64,000 bases of DNA from a virus. The notes under the pieces were generated by a model. It was not told the origin of the DNA and did no database searches. It was given only the letters and a program-made list of their open reading frames with translations. A program made the position numbers and the translations under genes. Of the stretch, positions 26,418 to 38,100 are shown piece after piece. Positions within the stretch are counted from its first letter, which is position 1; every line of letters starts with the position of its first letter. The DNA is taken from positions 31,351 to 95,350 of the IMG/VR virus record IMGVR_UViG_3300020045_001036; one strand, given 5' to 3'.

Positions 26418-27198
26418 AAGATTTGTAATGGGAGACATTCATGGGAATTATAAAGCTCTTATGCAATGTCTAGAAAGATCTGGTTTTGATTATGAAAAAG
26501 ATACACTAATCCAATTAGGAGATGTAGTAGATGGTCATTCAGAATCTTTTGAAGTAGTAGAGGAACTACTTAAAATAAAAAACCTCATAAGTATTAAAGG
26601 TAATCATGATGATTGGTTCTTTAAGTGGATACAAACTGGAATTAATCCTTCGGGATGGGCACAAGGTCAAAAGGCCACGGGATTAAGTTACTTAACTCAA
26701 GCTAAACCAGCTTGGCCTTGGATGGTTTCTAATGAAGATTTATCAGGATTTACAGAAGCTATAGTAGTAACAGATATACCTTACAGACATAAAGAATTCT
26801 TTAAAAATCAGTTATCTTATTATAGAGATGAAGAGAATAATCTCTTTATCCACGGTGGATTTAATAGACATTTCTATCTTAAAGAACAAATTCAAGAAAC
26901 TTTTTGGTGGGATAGAGACTTATGGAATGCGGCTCTATCTTTTGGGCACATGTCAGAAATGGAAGGTACACCCAAGTATAAGTTTAAGATGATAGAGAAC
27001 TTTAAAGAAGTTTTTATTGGTCATACAACTACAGAATGTTGGAAGAAAACAGTACCTATGCATGCAGCTAATATCTGGAATTTAGATACTGGTGCTGGAA
27101 TGTTTGGTAAGTTATCTATCATGAATGTAGACACTAAAGAATATTTCCAAAGTGATACAGGAAAAGAGTTGTATCCAGAATATACAGGAAGAAACTAG
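26410..27198 (+). CDS. Ser/Thr phosphatase-like metallophosphoesterase
   Basis: GDIHG, GDVVD, GNHD, HGG, GHT, LDTG. Confidence 0.88.
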   Translation: MSKRFVMGDIHGNYKALMQCLERSGFDYEKDTLIQLGDVVDGHSESFEVVEELLKIKNLISIKGNHDDWFFKWIQTGINPSGWAQGQKATGLSYLTQAKPAWPWMVSNEDLSGFTEAIVVTDIPYRHKEFFKNQLSYYRDEENNLFIHGGFNRHFYLKEQIQETFWWDRDLWNAALSFGHMSEMEGTPKYKFKMIENFKEVFIGHTTTECWKKTVPMHAANIWNLDTGAGMFGKLSIMNVDTKEYFQSDTGKELYPEYTGRN

Positions 27199-28250
27199 TG
27201 GAACAAACAGTTTATAAAATAGATAGTAAAGGTAAATTAAGATTTATTACTATTTCAGCAGTAGATGATACTATAGTACAAATAAGTGGATTACTGGGTG
27301 GTAACCCAGTTTCCAATATAAGTAAGTGTGAAGGAAAAAATATAGGAAAAACTAATTCTACAACACCTCAAGAACAAGCTATAGTAGAAACTGCAGCTAA
27401 GATTAAGAAAAAACTTGATGAAGGTTACTATATAACTACAGAAGAAGCTATTCAAGGTACTCTTATCTTACCAATGTTAGCTAAGGAATTTCAAGATGAT
27501 AAAGTAATTTATCCTTGTTATGTACAACCTAAACTAGATGGTATGAGATGCTTAAAGGAGAGAGCTTCTATGAGATCCAGAAAAAATAAAGAGATAGAAA
27601 CTGTAGGCCATATAGCCAAAGAAGATAGTGGAGATATTATTCTAGATGGAGAATTATATTCTCATGGATTAAGTTTTCAAGAAAATATGAAGCTTATTAA
27701 GAAGTATAGAAAGAATGTGACTGAAGCCATAAGATATCATGTGTATGATGTAGTTCTAGATAAACCTTTTAGAGAAAGAATGATAATCTTACAAGAATTA
27801 CTACTTACTTTAAAATCTAATGTTATACTACTTGTACCTACATATACGGTGAATAATAAGAAGGAGTTAGAAGCATATCATATTCAGTTTATACAAGAAG
27901 GATATGAAGGTACTATAGTAAGACATACAGAGGCTTCTTATGAAATTAATAAAAGAAGTTCACAATTGCTTAAGTATAAAGATTTCTTAGATGAAACTTT
28001 TACTATTGTAGATATATTACCTTCTGAAAGTAGACCGGAGCAAGGTGTTATACATTGCGTAGGAATAGGTAATCAAAACCAAGCTTTTACTTTTGGTTGT
28101 GGTATGAAATTTTCTCATGCTGAAAGAGAAGAATTTTTAATTAATAAAATAGACTACATAGGAAAGACTGCTGAGGTAAGATTCTTTGAACTTACTGATA
28201 ATGGTATACCAAGATTTCCTGTATGTGTAGGTATAAGGTTAGATAAATAA
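27198..28250 (+). CDS. ATP-dependent DNA ligase
   Basis: PMLA, PKLDGMR, LDGELY, YDV, GYEG, LLKYK, PRFP. Confidence 0.93.
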   Translation: MEQTVYKIDSKGKLRFITISAVDDTIVQISGLLGGNPVSNISKCEGKNIGKTNSTTPQEQAIVETAAKIKKKLDEGYYITTEEAIQGTLILPMLAKEFQDDKVIYPCYVQPKLDGMRCLKERASMRSRKNKEIETVGHIAKEDSGDIILDGELYSHGLSFQENMKLIKKYRKNVTEAIRYHVYDVVLDKPFRERMIILQELLLTLKSNVILLVPTYTVNNKKELEAYHIQFIQEGYEGTIVRHTEASYEINKRSSQLLKYKDFLDETFTIVDILPSESRPEQGVIHCVGIGNQNQAFTFGCGMKFSHAEREEFLINKIDYIGKTAEVRFFELTDNGIPRFPVCVGIRLDK

Positions 28251-28262
28251 TAAAGATAAAAA

Positions 28263-28559
28263 ATGCAAACTAGTAAAGAGTATAAGGCAATTAAAAATTT
28301 CTTTCACAATGATCTTGGATTAAGTAGAGAAGAAATTAGAAAAATAGCTGTTGAAGCTATTAAAGAAGAAGCTCAATCTGTAGTTCATAGATTTGTACAA
28401 ACAAAAGAAATTAGTGTAAGCACTATTTTAGAGGATCAACTTAAAAAAGAAATCAATAGACTTTTAAATGGATCTACGTACAACTCTCAATCTAGAGAAT
28501 TAATGGGTATGATTGGTACACAGATAGCTAAACAAATTGAAATAAAAGTTAAGGTATGA
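28263..28559 (+). CDS. Hypothetical protein
   Basis: ORF track. Confidence 0.6.
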   Translation: MQTSKEYKAIKNFFHNDLGLSREEIRKIAVEAIKEEAQSVVHRFVQTKEISVSTILEDQLKKEINRLLNGSTYNSQSRELMGMIGTQIAKQIEIKVKV

Positions 28560-28849
28560 CAGCAACAGAATTTAATACTAAATACGATAAGTTCATAGAG
28601 AGAAGAACTTACTTGAATAAGTACAGTGAACTTATAGAACAAAAATTTGATGGATTAGAGTTTGATATTCCTGAAGTAACAGAGTATTTAGATGTGGCAT
28701 TCACACCTTTAGTTCTAATGCCAGGATTTACATTTACTCAAATTAAGTTAAAATTTGGAAGTGCTAGAGTTTATACTACAGCCCCTGGGGATATTAATCT
28801 TACAATAGAAAGAACAATCGATAAAATAATCAAAGAATTAAAAGTATGA
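28556..28849 (+). CDS. Hypothetical protein (QIKLKFG.ARVY)
   Basis: ORF track, coupled. Confidence 0.6.
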   Translation: MTATEFNTKYDKFIERRTYLNKYSELIEQKFDGLEFDIPEVTEYLDVAFTPLVLMPGFTFTQIKLKFGSARVYTTAPGDINLTIERTIDKIIKELKV

Positions 28850-30405
28850 TAGCAATGATAGCAGCCTTCCTTGCAGATGGCTACAAATTTGGCCATGCGC
28901 CAATGTTTCCTGTTGGAACAGAATATGCATATAGTAACTTTACTCCTAGAAGTAATAAATACGCACCTAAAGGATGTGATGAAGTAGTAGTATTTGGTAC
29001 TACTTATGCAATGAAACAAATTCATAATGCATTTAAACATAGTTTCTTTGATATTCCTAAGAGTCTTGTATTAGATCAAATTGAAGAAGTGTTAACTCCA
29101 TACTTTGGTATGCCGTATGATTCAACTCCATTTGCTAAATTACATGATTTAGGTTATTTACCTATCAGGGTTAAAGCTTTACCGGAAGGTAGCTTATGCC
29201 CTATGAAAGTACCTATGTTGACTATAATAAATACTCATAAAGAGTTTTATTGGTTACCTAACTTCTTAGAAACTATTCTTAGTAATTCTATGTGGAAACC
29301 AATGACATCTGCTACTATAGCATTTGGTTACAAGAAACTGTTAACTAAATGGGCTTTAGCTACAGATAAGGATAATGTCGGATTTGTAGACTTTCAAGCA
29401 CATGATTTCTCTATGAGAGGACTTGATAGTGTAGATGCTACTATTGCTTCAGGATTGGGCCATTTAACTTCATTTAAAGGAACAGATAGTCTACCTGCTA
29501 TTATAGGAGCTAGACAATATTACAATGCTACTGGATTTGTAGCTGGTAGTGTACCTGCTTCTGAGCATTCAGTAATGTGTGCAGGAGGTAAAGAATCTGA
29601 GATTGAAACATTCAGAAGACTACTTAGAACTTTTGCTAAAGCTCCTGTATTATCTGTAGTTTCAGATACATGGGACTTATGGAAAGTAGTAGGACCTGGT
29701 GGATATGTAGAGCAACTTAAAGAAGAGATACTAGCTGGTAATACTAAGTTAGTTATTAGGCCTGATAGTGGTGATCCAGTAGATATTATCTGTGGAGAAC
29801 AAGTATTTGAGCATAAAGGTAAACTTTGTGTCGAAAGAGAAGTTAATCATTTTCCAGGTTTAGAAACAATACCATTAACTGATGAAAGAGTTTCTACTAA
29901 TCAAGTAAAAGGAGTAATTGAACTTCTATGGGATACTTTTGGAGGTACCGTTAATGAACAAGGTTATAAAGTATTACACCCTAAGATTGGAGCTATCTAT
30001 GGTGATAGTATTACTCTTGATAGAGCTGAAGCTATATGTTCTAGATTAGCAGCTAAAGGATTTGCTAGTACTAATATTGTATTAGGAGTAGGTTCTTATA
30101 CCTATCAAATGAATACTAGAGATACTTTTGGATTTGCTATGAAAGCTACTTGGGTTCAAGTAAATGGATTAGGTATTAGTATCTTTAAAGATCCTATTAC
30201 TGATGATGGTATGAAGAAATCTGCTAGAGGTTTAATTCAAATTATCAAACAAGATGGAAAACTTAAACTTAGAGATGGTATTGGTTGGAAAGAAGAGAGA
30301 GAAGGAGAATTAAAAGATCTTTATGTAGATGGAGTATTTTCTAATAAAGTAACTCTAGATCAAATTAGAGAGAAACTAAGTGATAAAGTATTAGGATGGA
30401 CATAA
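28846..30405 (+). CDS. Nicotinamide phosphoribosyltransferase-like (probable NARP1 Namat)
   Basis: DGYKFGH, HDFSMRG, PASEHSVM, SVVSDTWD, IRPDSG, IYGDSIT, KDPITD. Confidence 0.9.
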   Translation: MIAMIAAFLADGYKFGHAPMFPVGTEYAYSNFTPRSNKYAPKGCDEVVVFGTTYAMKQIHNAFKHSFFDIPKSLVLDQIEEVLTPYFGMPYDSTPFAKLHDLGYLPIRVKALPEGSLCPMKVPMLTIINTHKEFYWLPNFLETILSNSMWKPMTSATIAFGYKKLLTKWALATDKDNVGFVDFQAHDFSMRGLDSVDATIASGLGHLTSFKGTDSLPAIIGARQYYNATGFVAGSVPASEHSVMCAGGKESEIETFRRLLRTFAKAPVLSVVSDTWDLWKVVGPGGYVEQLKEEILAGNTKLVIRPDSGDPVDIICGEQVFEHKGKLCVEREVNHFPGLETIPLTDERVSTNQVKGVIELLWDTFGGTVNEQGYKVLHPKIGAIYGDSITLDRAEAICSRLAAKGFASTNIVLGVGSYTYQMNTRDTFGFAMKATWVQVNGLGISIFKDPITDDGMKKSARGLIQIIKQDGKLKLRDGIGWKEEREGELKDLYVDGVFSNKVTLDQIREKLSDKVLGWT

Positions 30406-30614
30406 GAACGGATATAATTGGTAGAATAATAGAAATAGGTTGCAGGGTAGTTTATAATCCTCCTTATTATAAAGGTATAAAGGTTGCTATAGTTGTGGGC
30501 TTTGCTAAATCAGGCTTACCTATAATTGTGCCACAAGATCAGTATGAAGAGTATTTAGAAGATAATCACGGTTATAATGATACACCTAAAACAGGATTTG
30601 CAAGAATAGATTAA
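30396..30614 (+). CDS. Hypothetical protein
   Basis: ORF track; last gene of the + arm. Confidence 0.6.
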   Translation: MDIRTDIIGRIIEIGCRVVYNPPYYKGIKVAIVVGFAKSGLPIIVPQDQYEEYLEDNHGYNDTPKTGFARID

Positions 30615-30617
30615 AAC

Positions 30618-30663
30618 AAAAAAGAGAGATGTACCTTACGGTATGTCTCTCTTTATTTTTTTT
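30618..30663. terminator. Bidirectional terminator between convergent genome arms
   Basis: A run, AAAGAGAGATGTACC-TTAC-GGTATGTCTCTCTTT, T run. Confidence 0.85.
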
Positions 30664-33600
30664 CTAATATGAACTTTTTCTTTTCTTATGTCCAACTGAA
30701 CCTTGTTGTCCTGATTCTATTCTTTCCATTATAGAAATATTAGACTCATCTTTTTTCTTTCTTGGGAATTTCTTTCTCATAGCTTTCTTAACAGCTTTAT
30801 CTTTTTCTTCTTGAGGTAAGTTTGAATATTCTTCTTCAAATACAGTTCTAGCATCTTCTCTAAGAGCTTCATATCTCTTAGTAGCAATATATTCATCACC
30901 ACCTTCACCATGTGTCTTAGCATAAGTATCAGTCCATTGAGTTTGATTAAACTCATAAGAATCATGCCAAGGTAATTCTCCTTTAGTTAAAATACTAGGT
31001 AATGGAGATATTTTAGCTAAATCTTTCATAAATTTACCCTTCTCATTACCTGTCATTATATCTCCCATAACCTTCTTAGTATTTACTAGATATTCAAAGA
31101 AAGCTAATCTTTGAGCTGTAGTATATAATGCAGTAGGATCTGACCAAAGATTAAATGAATCCACCATTCTAGATACTTGATTATCAAAGAAGGTGGCTAA
31201 TTTTTTATCCTCATCGTCATCATCCGGACCAGTTAATAATGACTTACCTGCCCATAATAGAGCTACAAAAGTTAACTTAATAGCTACTTCTTTAGAGATA
31301 GCTTGTAGATTATTAATATCTGTTTGATTTAAATTAGTTCTTTCATCTAAAGGAACTTGTTCCTCAAGGCCTACCATTTTCTTTAAAGATACATTAGCAT
31401 TGACAAATTCTAATGGATAATTTAAAGTATTGAATACCACATCAATAGCAAAATCAGTTAGACTATATAAAGTTTGAGCTTCAGCTACTAAATTTTTCTT
31501 ATTATAATATTTTTTAGCCTGATCATAGCCTACACCTATAGCAATAGAACTTGCAGCTATACTCACTGGGATAGCACCTATACCAAAACCAGCAATAGCA
31601 CTTAATCCTAATACAGGAAACATGATATTCTTATTAGCCCATAAAGATCTATATCTACCTTTTAATTTAGCCTCTCCTGTAGTTAAATCAAATCCTTCCC
31701 CAGAAGCATATCTTTGCATAAAATGCTCAGGCATCCATCTCATAAACATAGTAGACATTTTACCTAATAGATTGTTGGTAGCTTGAGTTACATCTAAGTT
31801 ATCATAATTACCTTGTGATCTAGAGATAGCATTCTTAATCTTCATCCTAGTTAGGAAGTAAGAGTTATTTGAGGCATCTTGTTCATCTATATTAAAGTAC
31901 TCCCAAGTAGTTAAATTCTTCTCTGTGGCAAATTCAGATTTAAGAACTAAGTTACCCTCTTTTACCTCATGTGCTGGGAATCCTTTTCCATCAAATATGG
32001 AAACTTCATTACCATCTTTATCTGTAATTTTAGTATCTTTTAAAATACTTAATAGGATAGCTCCTTGATTTTTCATTTCAGGATTATCTACAGCAAATTG
32101 AAAAGGATTTAACTTCTCTTCTATAATACCTGTTATACCAGATCCTGTACTTTTTTCTAAATCACTTTTTCTATCTTGTATAAGACCCATACCATTAACA
32201 AGCATTTGAAACTTCTTTAATTCCTGTATGTGTTTATTTTTTAAACTATCTAAACCTGTAACTTTCATAAAATTACTACCAGCCATAAATTGATTAGCTT
32301 CTTGTAAATTACCTTTAGTCCAATACTTACCGGAAGCATCCATTATAAGTCCGGAATTCATACCTTCAATTCTATTAAAGACACCTGAAATAGGATTTAA
32401 GGCCATAGACTTTAACATTATTATTTTCATAATACCTTGAGCTATACCTGCAGCACTTGTATGTAATCCTAAAGATTCTATATGAGCATCAATTGTAGCT
32501 TTATCTAAACCTTCTATATCTCTACCTTTTAAATCTTGTAAATGTTTAAGCAATTCCTTCTCATTATCTGAAAGTAAGGCAGTACTTTTTGTATTTAGAT
32601 AGTCTTTAAGCCAAGGTATAGTACCTGTTTTATCTAGTATCATATCTAATAAGCTTTCTTTACTCATTGATTGACCTAGTACACTTTCTGAACCTCTGGC
32701 CTTATCATTTTGACTTTTAATAACTCTATTTATATAGTTTTCCATTCTAGCTATACTTCTTTTTCTTTTACCATCAGAAGCAATGCTATGTGCATCTAAA
32801 ATCAGATTAGCCACTGGTAATGTATCCTCTTTAGCTTTTTGAAGAGCTGTCATAGATAGTATAGCAGATGTCACTTTATTTATATCTGAAGAGTAATTAC
32901 TAAGAACTTGATTTGTTGCTATAGCTTTTGCTAAAGCAGCTTTATCTTTATATACTTTAGGATTAGGTACTATACCTTCTTTAATAGCTAATTCTTCTAA
33001 TTCTGTTTGAGTTTTCAAAACAAGTACACTAGCTAATCTAGATATTTCAAATTTACTTTTATCTCTATAAGCTTTTTTAACTTCATTGGAATCTTCTGGT
33101 TTAGAACCTACCTCATAGAAATATTCTTTAAAACCTTTTATAGCATTGCCAACAGCTTTACCAACCTTAGCAACACCTTGAGCACTAGCAATAGTTTCTA
33201 AGTAGTTTTCTTCAAACTTGGCATAAGATAAATCCTTTACACCGGATTTAGTATTAAATACAGGATTAACATAATCTCCATATATCTCAGTCATAAGTTG
33301 CCAATAAGCTAACTTGTTAGGATCACTTTGTATTTCATTAAAATCTGTATTGTAGTAACCGGAAGCCTTTTTAATAGGCACTTCTTCAAAATCATCAGTT
33401 TCTTCGTTATATTCAGATACCCAATCTGATATTACATCTTTTTTAGGTATAAATCTAGTACTAGATATATCTGGGTATACAAATTCAGTATTACCAGATG
33501 GTGTACTATATGGCATAATCTCATTTTTCTTATCACTATTAAAGTGTTTAATGAAACTCCAAGGATCTATTCTAGCTGTATTTTTATGTTTAAATTGATC

Positions 33601-35115
33601 TTCAGATTCTTTTAGAGCTTCTTTAGATTCCTGATAATTTTCTAATGCATTTAATAGCTTATCTATTTCTGAATCATATAGTGGCCCTAACTTATCTTTA
33701 AGTTCTCTCTCATAAGTATCCATCTCTTCTTGAGTGTGAGTAAAATATTGACTATACCTATCCTCATATAATTGTTTTACTATATTAAGTTTAGTTTGGT
33801 CTATTACTTCAGCATTGTCAGAAAGCCATTGAACTTTTTGTTTATACTTAGATTCAGCATCTAATAGTTTATTATGATTTATTTGAGAGTAAGCATATAA
33901 CTTACCTCTATATAAAGGAGAAAACACAGATACTATGTTACCTGTCTTTCTACCTTGTACATCTTTTTCAAAAATAAAGTCAAAGTTATCCCCTAATTTT
34001 TTTATTAATGTATTTAATCTGGTTTCATAACTTTTAGCCTCTGACTCTCTAATAGTAACTTTTTCTTCTAATGTAGATTTAAGTATTTGAGGTAAGACAG
34101 TATCATTAGTAGAGGATTCTGTGATACCTAAAAATATGGACTCTAAAGCATTAATGTCCCCTTTAGTCTCAAACATAGCTTCCATTTGTTCTGGAGATAC
34201 AGTATCATTATTAGTTACATTATTGATAAAAGATATATTAGATTCAATAATTTCTTTTTTAAAATTTTCTAACTCAGCTCTATACTTTAAATTTAAATCA
34301 TCTAGAGCTAAAGATATTTTTTCAAAATCCGGATGATTAAATCCTTTTAAATGTTCTATGCCTAAATCTTTTCTATCATCTATAGAAGTGCCTTTAACAA
34401 ATTTATATAGAAATCCTAATCTTTCTTTAAAGTCCACAATGTTATTATTGTTACTAATATCTAGAGATCTACTTAAATCTTTAATTTCTTTGTCTATAGA
34501 ATAAAACATAAGGGCTACATCTTTTTTATCTAAAGCTTCTATGTCATTCTCCAAATCAGATTTCATAATGACTAACTTCTTAATACTCTCCATCGTCTTA
34601 GTCAAATCTTTTTTAGGATTCTTTTTATCTTGTTTATAAGATTTAAGTAATCCTTCCACTCTGTTTAATTGAGCTTCTTTATGATTTCTATACTCTGTAA
34701 AGTTATCTGTAAGTGGTCTTTTAGCATTCTGTTGTAATCTTGGGGAGAATGCATACTCTTCTTCTTGATCTCTTAGAGCTTCGTCACCCATGTAAAAATC
34801 AGGGCCCATTTCATCTATAATGTTTTGAGCATACATAGCATCCGCTAAATCTTGATTTGGCACAAATTCTACAGTAATACCAAAGTCATTTTTAGTCATT
34901 TTCTTAAAATTAGACCCAAATACTTTAGAATTAAATTCAGCATCTACTTCATCAATAGCAGTCTTAACTTGACTAGCTAATTTCTCTTTATTACTAGTAT
35001 TATAAGCAGCAAAAACTGCTGACCCACCATTGATGGGTCTAGCAGTCCTTAGCTTATCTACTAGCTTGTTGGATATTTCTTTAAAGATATCCTTTATATT
35101 CACCTCACAAGCCAT
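30664..35115 (-). CDS. Large virion cargo/ejection protein
   Basis: About 1483 aa (ATG at 35115), helical with hydrophobic segments near the C-terminus; directly downstream of the virion RNAP as in crAss-like phages. Confidence 0.7.
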   Translation of the reverse strand: MACEVNIKDIFKEISNKLVDKLRTARPINGGSAVFAAYNTSNKEKLASQVKTAIDEVDAEFNSKVFGSNFKKMTKNDFGITVEFVPNQDLADAMYAQNIIDEMGPDFYMGDEALRDQEEEYAFSPRLQQNAKRPLTDNFTEYRNHKEAQLNRVEGLLKSYKQDKKNPKKDLTKTMESIKKLVIMKSDLENDIEALDKKDVALMFYSIDKEIKDLSRSLDISNNNNIVDFKERLGFLYKFVKGTSIDDRKDLGIEHLKGFNHPDFEKISLALDDLNLKYRAELENFKKEIIESNISFINNVTNNDTVSPEQMEAMFETKGDINALESIFLGITESSTNDTVLPQILKSTLEEKVTIRESEAKSYETRLNTLIKKLGDNFDFIFEKDVQGRKTGNIVSVFSPLYRGKLYAYSQINHNKLLDAESKYKQKVQWLSDNAEVIDQTKLNIVKQLYEDRYSQYFTHTQEEMDTYERELKDKLGPLYDSEIDKLLNALENYQESKEALKESEDQFKHKNTARIDPWSFIKHFNSDKKNEIMPYSTPSGNTEFVYPDISSTRFIPKKDVISDWVSEYNEETDDFEEVPIKKASGYYNTDFNEIQSDPNKLAYWQLMTEIYGDYVNPVFNTKSGVKDLSYAKFEENYLETIASAQGVAKVGKAVGNAIKGFKEYFYEVGSKPEDSNEVKKAYRDKSKFEISRLASVLVLKTQTELEELAIKEGIVPNPKVYKDKAALAKAIATNQVLSNYSSDINKVTSAILSMTALQKAKEDTLPVANLILDAHSIASDGKRKRSIARMENYINRVIKSQNDKARGSESVLGQSMSKESLLDMILDKTGTIPWLKDYLNTKSTALLSDNEKELLKHLQDLKGRDIEGLDKATIDAHIESLGLHTSAAGIAQGIMKIIMLKSMALNPISGVFNRIEGMNSGLIMDASGKYWTKGNLQEANQFMAGSNFMKVTGLDSLKNKHIQELKKFQMLVNGMGLIQDRKSDLEKSTGSGITGIIEEKLNPFQFAVDNPEMKNQGAILLSILKDTKITDKDGNEVSIFDGKGFPAHEVKEGNLVLKSEFATEKNLTTWEYFNIDEQDASNNSYFLTRMKIKNAISRSQGNYDNLDVTQATNNLLGKMSTMFMRWMPEHFMQRYASGEGFDLTTGEAKLKGRYRSLWANKNIMFPVLGLSAIAGFGIGAIPVSIAASSIAIGVGYDQAKKYYNKKNLVAEAQTLYSLTDFAIDVVFNTLNYPLEFVNANVSLKKMVGLEEQVPLDERTNLNQTDINNLQAISKEVAIKLTFVALLWAGKSLLTGPDDDDEDKKLATFFDNQVSRMVDSFNLWSDPTALYTTAQRLAFFEYLVNTKKVMGDIMTGNEKGKFMKDLAKISPLPSILTKGELPWHDSYEFNQTQWTDTYAKTHGEGGDEYIATKRYEALREDARTVFEEEYSNLPQEEKDKAVKKAMRKKFPRKKKDESNISIMERIESGQQGSVGHKKRKSSY

Positions 35116-35143
35116 TGGCAATTGTTTTAATATTAATATTATA

Positions 35144-35151
35144 CAAAGTTA
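35144..35151 (-). promoter_or_regulatory. TAnnTTTG -7 promoter element (TAACTTTG)
   Basis: In the short gap between the RNAP and cargo genes, about 30 nt upstream of the ATG. Confidence 0.5.
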
Positions 35152-35158
35152 AACATTT

Positions 35159-38100
35159 TTATTTACACTTCTTAATCTCAGGCAATCTAAATTCCTGTGC
35201 GCTATAACTATCCGGCCCACCAGAACTAAAATTAAATCCTCCTATAGATATTGTAGCAGCTACTACAGTTTTAGGTTTCATTTTAATAGTTTGAGTATTC
35301 TCATCTATAGTCTTAATATCAACTAAATCAGTAGGAGTAACTCCTTGTTGTTTGGCTAAAACACCTAAATGAGCTAGTATATCTTGCATGTATAGATACT
35401 CAGCAGAACCTCCTAACCTCTTTTTAGAAGGAGTAATAGTAAACTCAGTACCATTATCTAACATAACTAACAACCTTTTAGAATTATCTTCAGAATAATT
35501 ACCAGAAGTTTTAAGATTAGTTATACTTGTTTTAGGAGTTAACTTATCTAATTCTTCTTCTATTTTATCATCACCTTTTTTCAAAGTCTCCATAGGATTC
35601 TTACTAGATGCCTCTATATGTTCCGGCTTAGTATAATCTAATAATTCATATACGGAATTGACTACTTCATCTGAATAAGTAGAACCTGTTATAGTTCTAA
35701 GTAAACTAGCAATGATATTTTTAAAGTGCTCAAACATAGACTTACCGTTATAAGTAGCACTATCTAAAGACTCTTTAAATGAATCAGATACAAATGCACC
35801 TGCTACAAACTCATATATATCTTTAGTATAGTAATTTTCACCAGTTATCTCATTGTAAGGTAATGTAGCTTGAGCTACAGTAAATAATTTAGATAGTCTA
35901 GTTATAAATGCTGGGGCATCTTCATTAGGTGTATACACACTTCCCAATTTAGTTCCAAATTTATCTAGCTGTGAAATGGTCATACTGTGTACTAACTCTT
36001 CCATTACAACTTCTTCTAAGATATCCATAGTATTTTCAGGGTGTGTTTGAGTTAATTTATCTATGATAGATGGGCTGATAAAAATAGTATTACTAGATTT
36101 TTCATATACGCCGGTATTCAATACATTACCATTAATAATTTTATCCTCAATAGATATTTTAGTACTGTTATCTATGAAAGGAGCTAACTTCTGAGCAAAT
36201 TCTTTATATCTAGCATTAGGAGAAGCATTGAATTGTTCTAATACTGAAACTACACCATCACTTGTATCTAAGGCTTCTTCAACGTTAACACCTGTAATTT
36301 GTTTACTTATAGGTTGTTCTTGTACTATATCTCTACCTACACTAGGATACATTAAAGATTTTTGATTGATACTATCAGGATTGTACTCATTGAATCCAAA
36401 AGATCCAAGTACCGGTATTCTAACATATCTATTACCTACCTTTTGATATAATCTATAACCTTTAGTAGATTTCTCTATAGAGTTATCCTCAATAGTTACA
36501 AAAGCATCTGTTACACCTTCCATAGCAAATTCCTCTAAGTTTTGGAAGAACGTATGAGGTTCTTCTATTTTAGCCTCAGGATTAGTCATTTTAAAAGTAG
36601 ACAATTTAGATTTTCTACTAATAGGTCTAGCTTCCTGTGGATTATGTTGGAAGAATTGAGTAGTAAAATTAGATACTTGTTGGCTTAATGAACCTAAATC
36701 CTTAGTTACATCTCTCATATTTTTGGATACTCCGATAGCTTCTAAATATTTCACATTAATGAAATCTCTAAATCCTACTGCACCACTTTCATTATTAGCT
36801 AGATAAGCATATGATGCCAAGTCTTGTGCTAATTTTCTAGGTGTCATAACTTCACCATTAAACTCACCTAATATAGTACTATTATCTTGTAGTAACTCTA
36901 AGTAAGCATTATACTCATCTGTTCTATCAAAGTTAGTATTAGTACCAGAGATATGTTTAATTATAGAAGGAGCTCCTATAATACTTATACCATCAAATCC
37001 TAAGTTTTTGATTAACTCGTTGTTCTCCAATAAAGGATGATTACCACTCTCTATTGTTTCTTTTAAGTATTTAGCTAAAGAAGTATTATTAGGAGTATCA
37101 AAGAATAATCTCTGTCTCTCCTGATTAATATCCCCTTGGAAGATTCCTAAAGATGGTATAGAGTACATAAAATCTTTTAATGCATCTTTAATTTGGTATC
37201 TTAATTCTAGCTTTCTTTTCTTACCTATGTTTTCACCTTTAAGAGCTAACACATTTTCTATACTCTCATCTATAATAGATTGTTTGTATGGAAATAGTGG
37301 GTCCATAATACTTTCTGCAGAAGATAAAGCTTGAACTAACATAGTTCCTTCAGTAGTAGTAGGTTTAATATAATAGTCACCTATCAATGTATACCCACCT
37401 TTATCTTCAGGTACTAAACCAGTCTCTGGATCTATAAAGGTATCTACATGTATAAAATCCCCTACTAAGTCTCTAACATTAGATATACTCTCTTCTTCAC
37501 CCATTTCATTTAAGGTCTGAATTCTATCTAATACATTAAAGTAAGATATACCTAATCCAGATGTAGATAGATTTAACATTCCAGTATATTTAGTAAGTAA
37601 CTTAGCTTCCTTATCTATTTCAAAGAACTTTTGTAATACAGCTAACTGTATATCTGATTCAGCAGACTCTTTGACCAAATTAGTATATAGAGCATCTCCA
37701 GTCATTTTCTTAGAAGCTGAAGCATATAGTTTATCATCTAAGAATTTTAAACCATCTATATTACCTTCACCATCTCTTTTAATCTCATGTTTATCTATAT
37801 TAAATTCCTCAATCAGTTGATTCAAAATAGCTTTTTCTTTATTTGCAGTAAAGTCAGAAGTAAGTGATTTAGATTGTTCTTGTAACTCTACATATCTTCT
37901 TAAGATAGGTTGAGCAATAAACAATGAAGGTACTTGCACTTCTGTTAACTTACTACTATTAGGTATAGTGAACTTAGCTTGGTCAAATCCTCTGAAAGTT
38001 AACTGAATAAGAACATTCATAGTATATGGATTCTCATTCCTTTTACCCATAATCTGAGCTTTGATGTTATCTGTAGCAGAGTTTTGATTCTCTGTATGCA

